Positions 34,807 through 45,441 of a DNA stretch of 64,000 nt are shown here, piece after piece. The DNA is from Longimicrobiales bacterium (lineage in GTDB: Bacteria; Gemmatimonadota; Gemmatimonadetes; Longimicrobiales; Gaopeijiaceae). A program made the position numbers and the translations under genes. The stretch spans positions 2,656,001 through 2,720,000 of the forward strand of contig CBDAON010000004.1 of NCBI GenBank assembly GCA_965198065.1, read 5' to 3'. Every line of letters begins with the position of its first letter. Within the stretch, counting starts at the first letter, position 1. The notes beneath the pieces are model-generated. The model searched no databases, was not told where the DNA came from, and was given only the letters and a program-made list of their open reading frames with translations.

Positions 34807-37536
34807 TTACCAGGCATAGTTGAGGCGCACGTAGTAGGCGGTGCCGTTGAAGCCGAACGGCGAGAACTGGCCGTAGTAGTTACCCGTGCCCGAAGCGGCC
34901 AACGGGTTGATCTCCGGATAGGTATTCAGAACGTTCTGGCCGCCAACCGCGATGGATAAACCATCTCTGATCGGCACGCCAACCTCGAGATCGAGGAGCG
35001 CCTTGGCTGAGTACTCCTCATACCTGGGGGACAGGTCGGCGTTTCCCAATGTTGCCCCCGCCCAGGCCCTGGCGTCCTCCCGGTCCCAGTATTCGCCATA
35101 GAAATTCAGGCGAGCGAGTAGACTCCACCGGGGAGCTCTGTGGTCGGCAGCAATGTTCCAGCGCATCACGGGCAGCCCGCGCGTAAGCGAACTAATGCGG
35201 TCATCATCAATCGTTTCCGAGGTGAAGTCTGTAACTTTGGTCGTGGTGTAGTTGAATACGGCACTGAAGATGGTAGTGCCACTAAAGCTCTGTGGGATGA
35301 AAGTGTAGGTCGAGACGATATCGATCCCTGTTGTCCTGGTTGCGAACTCATTCACGAAGAAGCGGAACTTCTGCAGGTTGGCCGCCTCGGCAAACCCACC
35401 AGCGACCAAGGAAGCGGTCTCATCCGCCATGAGCGAAAAGTTTTTCGTGATGGTGAGGCGATCGGAGACGTTGACCCGGAAGTAATCAGCGGTGAAGGTG
35501 AAGGTACCGACGTCGATGACCGACCCGAGCGTATAGTTGATCGACGTTTCGGGCTGCAGCGGCTGTCCGCCCCGCAGCGTAGCGGCCGGTGAGGTCGACG
35601 GAATCGTGCCGTTGTTGACCAGATCTTGGAGGACGAAGTCGTACTCCGTCGTCACGTTGAAGGCGTTCTGCTGGCCGGGTGTCGGTGCGCGGAACCCGCT
35701 GCTGATGGCCGAGCGGAGGGCAATGGCCTCGGTCAACGCGAAGCGTCCGGATAGCTTGCTGTTCATCGTCGTGCCGAAGTCGTCGAAATTCTCGATCCGG
35801 ACGGCGGCACCCAGGATCCACTCGTCGTTTTCGGCACCCACCTCGATGTCCCCGTAGGCAGCGACGTTGCTGCGGTTCCAGGTGCCGGAGTTCTCGGGAC
35901 GGGTTCCGTTGTAGCCGTTTGACCCGGAGCTGAACCCCTGCGATGCGTAGGGGCCGATTTCCCACGAGGCAGGATCACCAGCGCCGAGATGGTATTGCTC
36001 GCGGCGCCACTCAGTGCCGCCCGCAATGTTGACCATGTCGCTCGCGACATAGGAAAGGTCCATGTTCGCGCCAATATCGGTCTGCTGCAGGAGGTTGGGC
36101 TTGAAGCTGATCGGGCTATCCGGCCCCATTGACGCATTGACGGTGTCGAAGATGAATGTGTCGACGGTGTTGCGGCCCCAGCTTCCGCTCAGGTCCCAGG
36201 AGAGCCCGCTGCCTAGGAGCCCGCGAATCCCGCTAACGAACGATCCATCGTTCACGTCGCCGCCGAACTGCGGCGTGAACCCTCCCGGGAGCCCGTTCGA
36301 CGAACCCTGGAAGGGCTGGTGGAATGTGAAGCAGTTCGGATTGCTGGTGACCGCGTCGAAGGCCACATGGTCGAAGGTGGAGGAATCGTCGGAAACCGGA
36401 ATGTTGGGGCAGTTCCCGGAGCCCTTGACTCCGGTATCGGCCCACACGCGGTCACCGACCCGCAGGAACCGTTGATCGATTCCGGCGTCGAATTTGCCTG
36501 GATTGCCGCCGCGTTCTTCGTAAAACGAGAAGACCCCCCCGCGGTTGATCGGGTTCCGGTAGTAGAAGCCTCCGGTCACCTTCTTGCTAGCATAGTTGCC
36601 GTGGGCGTACCACCGCAGATCGTTGTCGAACGAGTAGCCGAAGTTGCCGAAGACCTTGAGGTCGTTTTCGACCTTTGGCGAACCCCAGACCTGCACGGGG
36701 TCCCGGACACTCGTGTTGCCGGCGGCCCGGAGCCCTGCAGCATCGTCGCGCTGAATGGCCCGGTTGGTCGGTGCCGTGCTTCCGTACTCGAGACTGAGGT
36801 TCGCGAATCCGGCTTGTCCAAGTGGCAGCCCAATGTTGCCAGCGAACGTGTACGTTTCGCCGTTTCCTCCGATGCCGTTGCAGGACGTACCGGGTATACC
36901 GCATGTGCTGGTATCTCCGCTGTTTGCGTCGAGGTATCGACCGGTGCGGAATTCTACGCTGCCGCCGGTGCGATCTTCCTTGAGCTGGAAATTCATGACG
37001 CCAGCGATTGCGTCCGAGCCGTACTGCGCCGCTGCACCGTCACGAAGCACCTCGGTTTGCCGCAGTGCGATCGCTGGGATGATCGAAATGTCTGGACCCT
37101 GCGAGCCGTCCGCAATGCCGTTGCCGAGCCAGGCGATGACCGCGGCGCGGTGACGGCGCTTGCCGTTCACCAGGATGAGCGCGTGGTCGGGTGCCAGATT
37201 GCGCAAGTTCACCGGTCTGACGATCGAGGCCGCATCGCTGATCGGCTGCGTGTTGACATTGAAGGAGGGGACCAGGGCTCTCAACTGGTCCGTCAGGTCG
37301 CTGGGACCCTGCCTTACAAAATCTTGGAAGGGGATGGCGTCAACCGGTACGATCGATTGGGTTACCGATCTCGGCTGCGCACGGCTCCCGACCACGATGA
37401 TCCCCTGGATTTCAATGACTTCTTCTTCAGCGGCCTGATCGACCTCCTGAGATTGGGCAGATGGGCTGAATAGCACCGAAACCGAGACTACCAACAGTGC
37501 CATTAGTAGCAGACTGGAAAAAGGCTTGTGCGTCAC
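34807..37536 (-). CDS. TonB-dependent receptor
   Basis: Signal peptide, TonB-box-like IIVVGSR, plug (LILVNGKRRH, EVLRDGAAAQYGSDAIAGVMN), GFRAPT, C-terminal YVRLNYAW. Confidence 0.96.
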   Translation of the reverse strand: MTHKPFSSLLLMALLVVSVSVLFSPSAQSQEVDQAAEEEVIEIQGIIVVGSRAQPRSVTQSIVPVDAIPFQDFVRQGPSDLTDQLRALVPSFNVNTQPISDAASIVRPVNLRNLAPDHALILVNGKRRHRAAVIAWLGNGIADGSQGPDISIIPAIALRQTEVLRDGAAAQYGSDAIAGVMNFQLKEDRTGGSVEFRTGRYLDANSGDTSTCGIPGTSCNGIGGNGETYTFAGNIGLPLGQAGFANLSLEYGSTAPTNRAIQRDDAAGLRAAGNTSVRDPVQVWGSPKVENDLKVFGNFGYSFDNDLRWYAHGNYASKKVTGGFYYRNPINRGGVFSFYEERGGNPGKFDAGIDQRFLRVGDRVWADTGVKGSGNCPNIPVSDDSSTFDHVAFDAVTSNPNCFTFHQPFQGSSNGLPGGFTPQFGGDVNDGSFVSGIRGLLGSGLSWDLSGSWGRNTVDTFIFDTVNASMGPDSPISFKPNLLQQTDIGANMDLSYVASDMVNIAGGTEWRREQYHLGAGDPASWEIGPYASQGFSSGSNGYNGTRPENSGTWNRSNVAAYGDIEVGAENDEWILGAAVRIENFDDFGTTMNSKLSGRFALTEAIALRSAISSGFRAPTPGQQNAFNVTTEYDFVLQDLVNNGTIPSTSPAATLRGGQPLQPETSINYTLGSVIDVGTFTFTADYFRVNVSDRLTITKNFSLMADETASLVAGGFAEAANLQKFRFFVNEFATRTTGIDIVSTYTFIPQSFSGTTIFSAVFNYTTTKVTDFTSETIDDDRISSLTRGLPVMRWNIAADHRAPRWSLLARLNFYGEYWDREDARAWAGATLGNADLSPRYEEYSAKALLDLEVGVPIRDGLSIAVGGQNVLNTYPEINPLAASGTGNYYGQFSPFGFNGTAYYVRLNYAW

Positions 37537-37650
37537 AGTGGTGACTCCAGCTGGGGGTGTTCCTAAAGCAGACGCCTACGTGGGTGCTCAAGGTTCTGGG
37601 GAGTAGGGGCCGTTCTCCTGCGGTAAGACTCTCCCGCATGCTTGCGACAC

Positions 37651-37680
37651 ACATTATTTTACATGACGAAGTGCTGTCAA
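37651..37680 (-). promoter_or_regulatory. Putative sigma70 promoter of the TonB receptor
   Basis: TTGACA-18 nt-TAATGT on the minus strand. Confidence 0.5.
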
Positions 37681-37681
37681 C

Positions 37682-37743
37682 CAATAGGCGCCTCAACCAA
37701 TAGGCGCCTCAACCCTCTCTCAATAGGCGCCTCAACCCTCTCT
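37682..37743. repeat. Short tandem repeat CAATAGGCGCCTCAAC x3
   Basis: Units at 37682, 37698 and 37721; the last two are followed by CCTCTCT. Confidence 0.85.
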
Positions 37744-38291
37744 GCCAATATCAGTGAGACACCTGCGACCTTTGGAATTACTGAAGGGGGCGGAGGTGGA
37801 TGGCGATGGTAGAGGGGATAGATACGATGATTGGTATGGGTGTGGGTGCTGGGGCCCTAGGGGGCGAGGAGCGTAGCGACGAGGCCGCCAAGGCCCGAGT
37901 CACCGAGAGGAATCGGGATCGGGATCCGGAGGTTGTGGCCAAGCCGACCCGCCGGCAGTTCACCGCGGAGTACAAGCTCAGGATCCTGGAAGAGACCGAC
38001 CGGTGCTCGGAGCCACTTCAAGACCGTCAAGTACCACCCCAACTTCCCCGGACGCTTCGCCGACATCGGCGCGGCGATCGACTTCTGCCGATCCTTCTTC
38101 CCTTGGTACAACCATGAGCATCGCCACGGCGGAATCGCGATGCTCACCCCGGCTGATGTCCATCACGACCGAGCCCGTGACGTGCTCGCCCAGCGTGAGC
38201 GCACTCTCCAGCAGGCGTGCTGCGGCTCCGACACCGCAGCCTGCTCACTAAATTATGACTCCGGGTGTCTCATCGCTGTTGTCAGGTTCCG
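37742..38291 (+). mobile_element. Internally deleted IS-E derivative (MITE-like)
   Basis: orfA start (PEVVAKPTRRQFTAEYKLRILEE) joined to the orfB tail; same right end as 34748; left end CTGCCAATATCAGTGAGACACC resembles the revcomp of the right end. Confidence 0.82.
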
Positions 38292-38550
38292 TTTGCCTGC
38301 AAGCCGTTTGCCTGCGCCTACACACTCCGCCATATGTTGGTAGCGGGACTTATGGTTGTGGGGCGGCTTGCCCCGCTCCTGGGCTCTCGGGCGCGTAGAG
38401 GGAGCGGGGACCCCCCCCTTTGGGGATGCCTCGATCGGCATCGCGGAGGGTGGCATGTGCACGCCCATGCCACCCTCCGCCGGGGGGTCACTCCCGTGTC
38501 CATCAGTCCCTCGTGGGAAGGCGATCGGAGAAGCGGCTGGCGCTGGGCGT

Positions 38551-38838
38551 CTACGTCTTATTCGCTGGCTCGACGACGATTCGCCCGCGCCCGCGTTTGA
38601 CCACATAGCCGCCGGAACGAATCGCAAGCTTGCCTTGCTCAACAAGGGACCAAAGACTTTCGGCGATCAACTCGGCGTTCCGGTCGCTCGCCCTTGCGGT
38701 TGCTTGCCGGGAGAGCCACTCGGCGAACGCTCGCTCGCCGATATCTTCGCCGACGGACTTGCGAAGTGCGTTCAGCTTGCGGAGGTGGCCCTTCGTTAGA
38801 GCACTCTCTTCAATGTTCCTCGAGGATGTCTGCGGCAT
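38551..38838 (-). CDS. Small hypothetical protein
   Basis: ATG after GGGAGAG; basic, protein-like sequence (LTKGHLRKLNALRKS). Confidence 0.65.
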   Translation of the reverse strand: MPQTSSRNIEESALTKGHLRKLNALRKSVGEDIGERAFAEWLSRQATARASDRNAELIAESLWSLVEQGKLAIRSGGYVVKRGRGRIVVEPANKT

Positions 38839-38882
38839 AGCTCTCCCTTCCGTGATACTTATGTGCTGAGACCGTGGTCTGA

Positions 38883-39437
38883 TTATAGCAGATTAGGGCC
38901 TTCGTCAACCTCCTCCCGCCGATGGGGTCTCCACGGCGGCTCTCCTTGAGGGGAGCTATGATCTTCGATCCCTGTAAGCAGGTCCGCTTGGATGCGGCGA
39001 ATCTTCCTGACCACCTGGCAGACCTGACGAGCGGCCTCGGGGGTCTCGGCATAGTAGTTCGCGTGGGCGAGGTGATCGCGCAGATCACGGATCTCATTGA
39101 AGTCGCGCTTTAGTTGTTTCCCACTTCCGGAGACCAGCTCCTCCTTGCGTAGGATCGTGGCCTTGTCCGAGAGCTGAGTGAACATGATTGCGCTGATGAA
39201 CCCGTCTTCCTGCTTGGCCGTGCCGATCTTCTTCAGGACTTCGTCCCGCCTCTGGTCGCTCAACAGTTCGAGCCACCCCGTGGGGTCGTCAGGCCATTCT
39301 GTCTCGATCCGTTCGGCCATTGCGATCTCGAGGCTGGTCATCAGGGTGAAGATCGCTGCGCGCACCGGCAGTCGCTACAGATCGGACAGGGTGACCAGGC
39401 CAGCGACCTCATTACCTGAGACGACGAGCCGCGCCGG
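38883..39437 (-). pseudogene. CBS-domain tail plus HEPN-like (RxxxxH) protein fragment; internal TAG; 5' part cut by IS-B
   Basis: LVVSGNEVAGLVTLSDL*RLPVR (CBS-like) and LRDHLAH motif. Confidence 0.6.
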
Positions 39438-40722
39438 TGACCTGCCCCCAAAAGCGGTACCACCTAGAGTGTTAGTCCAAGCACCTCCTTTTGGCTGGGG
39501 GGTGGTCCAAGAAGCAGAGGTAGGTTGAGCAGCTTTGGGTCTGGCCGGATCGCTTCGGGGGCCGGGGGTCGATAACCCAGAGAGCTGTGCGGTCGATGCG
39601 TGTTGTATTCGCGCCGCCACTGCTCGATCAGCACCTTCGCCTCCTCCAGCGAATGGAAGATTTCGCGCTTCAGCAGCTCGTTTCGGAGCGTGCCGTTAAA
39701 GCTCTCATTGTAGCCGTTCTCCCACGGGCTGCCCGGCTCGATGAACAGCGTCTTCACGCCTAGCTCACCGAGCCACTGCCGAACCACTTGGGCCGTGAAC
39801 TCCGGACCGTTGTCGGAGCGAAGATTCGCCGGTGGACCGTGCTCGGCAAACAGCTCGCTCAGCGTCTGCAGAACATCGTCCGCCTGAAGCCTGCGAGTCA
39901 CCACGATCGCCAGGCACTCCCGGCTGTACTCATCCAGCACCGTCAGCATCTTGAGCGGCCGTCCATCATGCGTCCGGTCCGCCACGAAGTCATACGCCCA
40001 TACATGGTGTCGGTACAGGGGCCGCAGTCGGATACAAGAACCGTCGGTCAGCCACAGCCTTCCCTCGTTTCGGCTGCTTACTTGGCACCTTGAGCCCCTC
40101 CTGTCTCCAGATCCGCTCCACCCGCTTGTGGTTCACGGCCCAGCCCTCCGTCCTCAGCATCCCCGTCACCATCCGGTACCCGTAGCGTCCAAACCGTCGG
40201 GCCACCTTCACCACGTCCTGTCTCAGCGCCTCCTCGTCCTCCCTCCGCTTCGGGATCCGACGCTGCGTCGAGCGCGCCTGGCCCAACACCCGGCACGCCT
40301 TCCTTTCGCTCACCCCAAGCCGCTGGCGTACTTGCACCACGCACCGCCTGCGCCACTCGGGGCTCAGTAGTTTCCCTTGGAGGCTTCCTTCAAAATCAGG
40401 TTGTCGACCGTCAGATCCGCCACCGCCTGCTTCAGGCGTTGGTTTTGCTTCTCGAGCTCCTTGAGACGCTTCGCCTGGCTCAGCTTCATTCCCCCGTACT
40501 CCCGCCGCCATCGGTAGTACGTTTGCTCGCTCACCCCCAGGTCTCGCCACACCTCTTTGGTCGTATTGCCGTTCGCCAGGGCCACCTCTGCCTTGCGTAA
40601 CCGGTTGATGATCTGTGCCGGACTCAGCCTCTTTGGTGCGGCCATTGTGCCCTCCCCTTTCGTGTCTTGACCCCGTCCAGATTCTAAAACTGGACTCGGT
40701 CTCGTTTTAGGGGGTCAGATCA
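39438..40722 (-). mobile_element. IS-B copy 2 (mosaic with IS-D-type sequence)
   Basis: TGACCTGCCCCCAAAAGCGG ... GGTCAGATCA; orfA 40364-40645. Confidence 0.94.
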
Positions 40723-40805
40723 GAAAGTTCGAAGACGGAAAGCCCGTCTCAACCCAACAGCGGAAAAACGCCGTCTGAAACATTTACACACCTTTATTGA
40801 CCCAA
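40723..40805 (+). mobile_element. Remnant 3' end of a different IS256-type element
   Basis: KFEDGKPV...AV* followed by TTTACACACCTTTATTGAC, resembling IS256-type ends. Confidence 0.4.
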
Positions 40806-40974
40806 CCTCCGCTCGACCAACGCGAGGTGCCTGAACCCAGCGAGGTGTGTCCCGATTGCAAGCCCGCCGGCGCCTGTGAACAACTCCAACGAACGCGGGA
40901 GGAAGGGGGTTGGCTGGGTGCTAGTGGTCCAAGCGGCGGTTATCGGCCGACGCTCGAGAATTGACAGAGGTCCT

Positions 40975-41065
40975 TCGGTGGCTCGGCGCGGCCTGCGGTT
41001 CCAGAGTCTCGCCAGCGAGGTAGGTGGCCCAGTAGATCATGAGCCGGCGGTTGGCGCAGGTCGGC
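40975..41065 (-). pseudogene. Degenerate C-terminal remnant of a P4-like integrase
   Basis: RRLMIYWATYLAGETLEPQA resembles RRRLMGDWAAYLAGAPREPEA at about 29530-29590. Confidence 0.5.
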
Positions 41066-41275
41066 TGCTGCGCGTCCCGGTTCCGTTTCCACTTCCGAGG
41101 CCCGCGCGGTCACCGCCCCCTGTGTCTTCCCCGGTCCTGGCATCCAGATACGCGGCTGGGGGTAACGGTGGCCGGGTCGATCTCTCCCCGGATCTCACCT
41201 GGCAAGAGTCTTTTCCGGCTTCTTTCCCGAATTCTCAAAGCTTCTCTAACAGGTCAGACTTTATTTTATGGAATT

Positions 41276-42546
41276 TGACCTGCCCCGAAGAGCGGTACCA
41301 CAACCTATGTTAGTCCCAGCACCTGTGGAGGGCGGTGAAGGACGGGCATCCTCAGGAACCAGGGCGACGGCTTAATCGCCTCAGGGGCCGGGGGAAAGCC
41401 GCCGCAGGCGCTGTGGGGTCGGACGGTATCGTACTCGCGCCTCCATTGCTCGACCAGCACGGCCGCCTCCGCCAACGAGCAGAAGATCTCCCCGTTCAAC
41501 AGCTCGTCCCTGAGCTTGCCGTTGAAGCTCTCGTTGTAGCCGTTCTCCCACGGGCTGCCCGGCTCGATAAAGAGCGTCTCGACGCCCACGCGCCCCAACC
41601 ACCACCGCACGGGCTTCGCGGTGAACTCCGGTCCGTTGTCCGACCTCAGATACTCGGGAGGGCCCGTGTCGGACGAACAGATCGTCCAGCACCTCGAGCA
41701 CGTCGTGCGAGCGGATCTTGCGAGCCACCACGATCGCCAGGCACTCCCTCGTGTGCTCGTCCAGCACTGTCAGCAGCTTCAGCGCACGCCCGTCGTGCGT
41801 CCTCGAGGCCACGAAGTCGTACGACCAGACGTGGCCCCGATACAGCGGCCTCAGCCGGATGCACGATCCGTCGTTGAGCCACAGCCGACCTCGCTTCGGC
41901 TGCCGCTCCGGGACCTTCAGCCCCTCCTGCCTCCAGATCCGCTCCACCCGCTTGTGCTTCACCCCCCAGCCCTCGATGCGGAGCGTGTCCGTGACGCGTC
42001 GCTAGCCGTAGCGGCCGAATCGACTCGCGAGTCGCACGATATCACCTCGGAGCGCCCCCTCGTCACTCGCCACTTTCCTCGCCCGGCGCTGGGTCGTGCG
42101 TGGCTGCCCGAGCACCCGGCACGCTCTCCTCTCCGACGCCCCGAGCTGCTGACGTACACGCACCACACAACGTCGTCGGCCCTCGGGGCTCAGAAGTTTC
42201 CCTTGGCCGCTTCCTCCACGATCAGCTTGTCCAGTGTCAAGTCCGCCACTGCTCGCTTCAGGCGCCCGTTCTCGCGCTCGAGCTCCTTCAGGCGCCGTGC
42301 CTGGCTCACCTTCATCCCGCCGTACTCCCGCCTCCACCGGTAGTACGTCTGCTCGGTGATGCCGAGCTCCCCCCTGATCAGCTTCACGGATTTGCCGCCG
42401 GCCAGACCGACCTCTGCCTCCCGCACTGCAGTGATGATCTGCTCCGGAGTGTGTCGCTTCCTTCCCATCCTGACCTCCTCGCTGAAAAGCTTCGGACCAG
42501 GTCGATCCTAACATTGCACCTGGTCTCGTTTCAGCGGGTCAGGTCA
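41276..42546 (-). mobile_element. IS-A full-length copy (amber stop and frameshift in orfB)
   Basis: Same ends as 17065-18335; orfA 42190-42468. Confidence 0.95.
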
Positions 42547-42601
42547 TTTTGCTGGAACATCAACGCCCGACAGACCGCTCGAGCCGCCGTCGGCTCGGCC
42601 G

Positions 42602-43147
42602 TCACGTCTCGTGGGCGCCGTCGACCGGGTGGTCTTCCTCGTGAGATCCGAGCACTAGAGCGCGGTTCAGGGAATAACTCCCGGGAACCCATAAACCCTC
42701 GCTATCTGGGCCGGCGATCCTCTTCCCGAAGTTCTGCGCGCGCTGAATGGAGGCTTCCTCCCTGTCGATGTATGCCCTTTCCCCGGCCTCTCGGTCCCGG
42801 CGTTCATCCTCCGTCTCACCTTCGACGCGGAAGAACATTGGGCCGGACAGTCGATCCGCCGCGGACAGGCGTTCTCCCACCCATTGCAGGAGAAGGGCAC
42901 GTGGGTCTGTGTCGGCCGACTCTCCCTGCAGCTCATGCGCCATGACAGACTCTCCCCAGGCTCTGGCGTTCTCCGGGTTTCGGTCGTGAGCAGCCAGAAC
43001 CGCGTCCTTGAGGGAACCGTGCTCGTATCGGACCGGCCACCCCGACCTCCCGGACATGAGGCCGACGAGGAACCCCACCATCAGGGAGTAGCGGACGGCG
43101 TCACTCTCTTCCCGTGCCGTGCGCGCCTCGCTCAAGACGGCAAGCAT
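42602..43147 (-). CDS. Hypothetical protein (possibly a fragment)
   Basis: 181-aa ORF with protein-like composition. Confidence 0.4.
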   Translation of the reverse strand: MLAVLSEARTAREESDAVRYSLMVGFLVGLMSGRSGWPVRYEHGSLKDAVLAAHDRNPENARAWGESVMAHELQGESADTDPRALLLQWVGERLSAADRLSGPMFFRVEGETEDERRDREAGERAYIDREEASIQRAQNFGKRIAGPDSEGLWVPGSYSLNRALVLGSHEEDHPVDGAHET

Positions 43148-43492
43148 CTGTAGAACTCCGGCCGCCCAGTCGAGACCGCCCTTGCCGGGGGAATGTTCGT
43201 CCAGCGGGTGGTCCGACCTCAGCCTGGCTACAACCGTCCGCCGGATCTCGCCAACCTGGTCCAGATCCCGCTTCTAGGCGGCATCGGAGATGTCATCGAA
43301 GAGGGCCTCTGACTTGATCCCCGGCAGGCGACCGAAAAACGCGAGTCCACCCGCCACCCCGAGGTGGAACATCCCCGACCGCCGGCGCAGGGCCACACCC
43401 GCCAGCGGGGCGACACGCGCTCACAGGCTCTCTCGACACCCGTGGCTGGTGCCTCTACGATAAGGCGGCAGATGACCACCGCGCCCATGCAC

Positions 43493-44008
43493 ATGACGGC
43501 GAAGAGAACCCTTTATTTGGCGAACCCCTACGGCTTCTCCGCGCAACAGCGCGGCGGACCGTTACCCAAGCTTGTGGGGGCGCTGGAGTCGATGGGAGCT
43601 GACGTGTGGGAGCCGTTCGCCCGTAACAACCAGATCCACCGGGCGAGTGCGGGTTGGGCGTATCGGATCGGGCAGGCCGATCTGCGGGACGTGCGCGAGG
43701 CCGATGGACTGTTCGCCGTGGTCAACGGCTGTCCGCCGGATGAGGGCGTCATGGTGGAGCTTGGCCTAGCGATCGCGTGGGAGAAGCCGGTGTTCCTGTT
43801 CAGAGACGATTTTCGCCGATGCACCGACAGCGAGGTCTACCCGCTCAATCTGATGTTGTTCACCGGCCTGCCCGCGGTCGGCTGGGAAGCCGCGTGGTAC
43901 GGCTCGATCGAGGAGATCGCTGATCCCGGCAAGGCGCTCGCACGCTGGTTGCGGCATGACTGGCCGCCCGGCTCGGCGTCGGCCGAGGCGGATCCGATAG
44001 AAGTATGA
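43493..44008 (+). CDS. Nucleoside 2-deoxyribosyltransferase / nucleotide N-hydrolase family protein
   Basis: LYLANPYGFS, DLRDVREAD, PPDEGVMVELG (catalytic Glu), YPLNLML. Confidence 0.88.
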   Translation: MTAKRTLYLANPYGFSAQQRGGPLPKLVGALESMGADVWEPFARNNQIHRASAGWAYRIGQADLRDVREADGLFAVVNGCPPDEGVMVELGLAIAWEKPVFLFRDDFRRCTDSEVYPLNLMLFTGLPAVGWEAAWYGSIEEIADPGKALARWLRHDWPPGSASAEADPIEV

Positions 44009-44251
44009 GAGCGCTCACCGCCGGGCTGCCGCTCAGGAACTCTGCCGCGAGGGAATCTGAAACAGCTGCCGCACGGGGTCCCAAATCACCACGACGATGT
44101 GGCGGCGCGCTCATACCGCATAGCCGCCGACCACGACGCCGCCGACCACGACGCCGCCGAGGCGGGCGTCGCCGGGAGTGGCATGATTGCTCCCATGCAC
44201 TAGGCCGAGGGAGAGCGCGGCTCCGTCGAACACATGTTTCCACAGCAGGAT

Positions 44252-45434
44252 TGACGTGACACCCGGAAGCTGAGCCAGCTATTCTCTGACTCCTCGGAGT
44301 AAGTGAGGAGTCATGAGGAAGAGTAGGTTCACGGAAGAGCAGATCATCGGGATCCTACGGGAGGCGGAGGCGGGCGGAGCGACGAAAGAGGTATGCCGAC
44401 GCCACGGGATCAGCCACGACACGTTCTATCGGTGGAAGAAGAAGTACGGGGGCCTTGAGGTCAGTGACGCGAGGCGGTTGAAGGCACTTGAGGACGAGAA
44501 CCGACGGCTCAAGCGCATCGTGGCCGACCAGGCGCTGAACCTTCAGGTGCTGAAGGACCTGCTGGGAAACGAGTTGTGACGGCCGGGGAGCGGCGCCAGG
44601 TCGTCCGGAGGGTGCAAGCCGCCGAGAAGGCCTCGGAGCGTCGAGTGGTCCGTTGGACAGGCTTCCCGCGTTCAACGATCCGGTACCGAAGCGAGCGCCC
44701 AGCTCAGGAGGGGTTACGTGCGAGGATCCGGGAGCTCGCGGGCGAGCGGCCTCGCTGGGGCTACCGACGCATCCACGTGCTTCTGCGCCGCGAGGGATGG
44801 CTGGTGAACCGGAAGCGGATCCACCGGCTCTACCGCGAGGAAGGGCTCGCGGTGCGGCGAAAGGGTCGGAGACGACGGAGCCAGGTACCACGACCGGTGC
44901 GTGACCCACTCGGCCATCCGAACGAGCGGTGGAGCGTGGACTTCATCATGGACACGCTGAGTACGGGCCGAGTGTTCCGGTGCCTCGCGGTGATCGACGA
45001 GTTCAGCCGCGAGTGCCTGGCACTCCACGTCGCTCACTCGATCCCTGCGGCGAGCGTGATCGAGGTGCTCGAGAGACTTCGGGAGGAACGCGGCTTGCCG
45101 GAGCGCGTGATCTGCGACAACGGCTCCGAGTTCACGAGCCGTGCCTTCGACGCCTGGGCCTACTCCCGGGACCTCAAGATAGAATACATACAGCCGGGCA
45201 AGCCGATTCAGAACTGCTTCGTCGAGAGCTTCCTCGGGAGCTTCAGGGACGAGTGCCTGAACCTCCACTGGTTCCTCTCCCTACGGGATGCGAGGCACAC
45301 GATCGAACGCTGGAGGCAGGACTACAATCGCGTCCGACCCCACAGCGCCCTGGGCGATCTCCCACCTGCGGACTTCGCCCTCAACCACCACATGGAGTCA
45401 GGGAATAAACGGATCAACTAAGGGTGTCACGTCA
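44252..45434 (+). mobile_element. IS-C copy 2, intact, 1183 bp
   Basis: IRs TGACGTGACACCC; 4-bp TSD GGAT; orfA 44313-44579, orfB 44576-45421, proteins identical to copy 1. Confidence 0.97.
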
Positions 45435-45441
45435 GGATGAC

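Noticed and set aside
44122..44160. Tandem GCCGCCGACCACGAC repeat (about 2.5 units)
   Set aside because: Short GC-rich slippage repeat with no associated feature.
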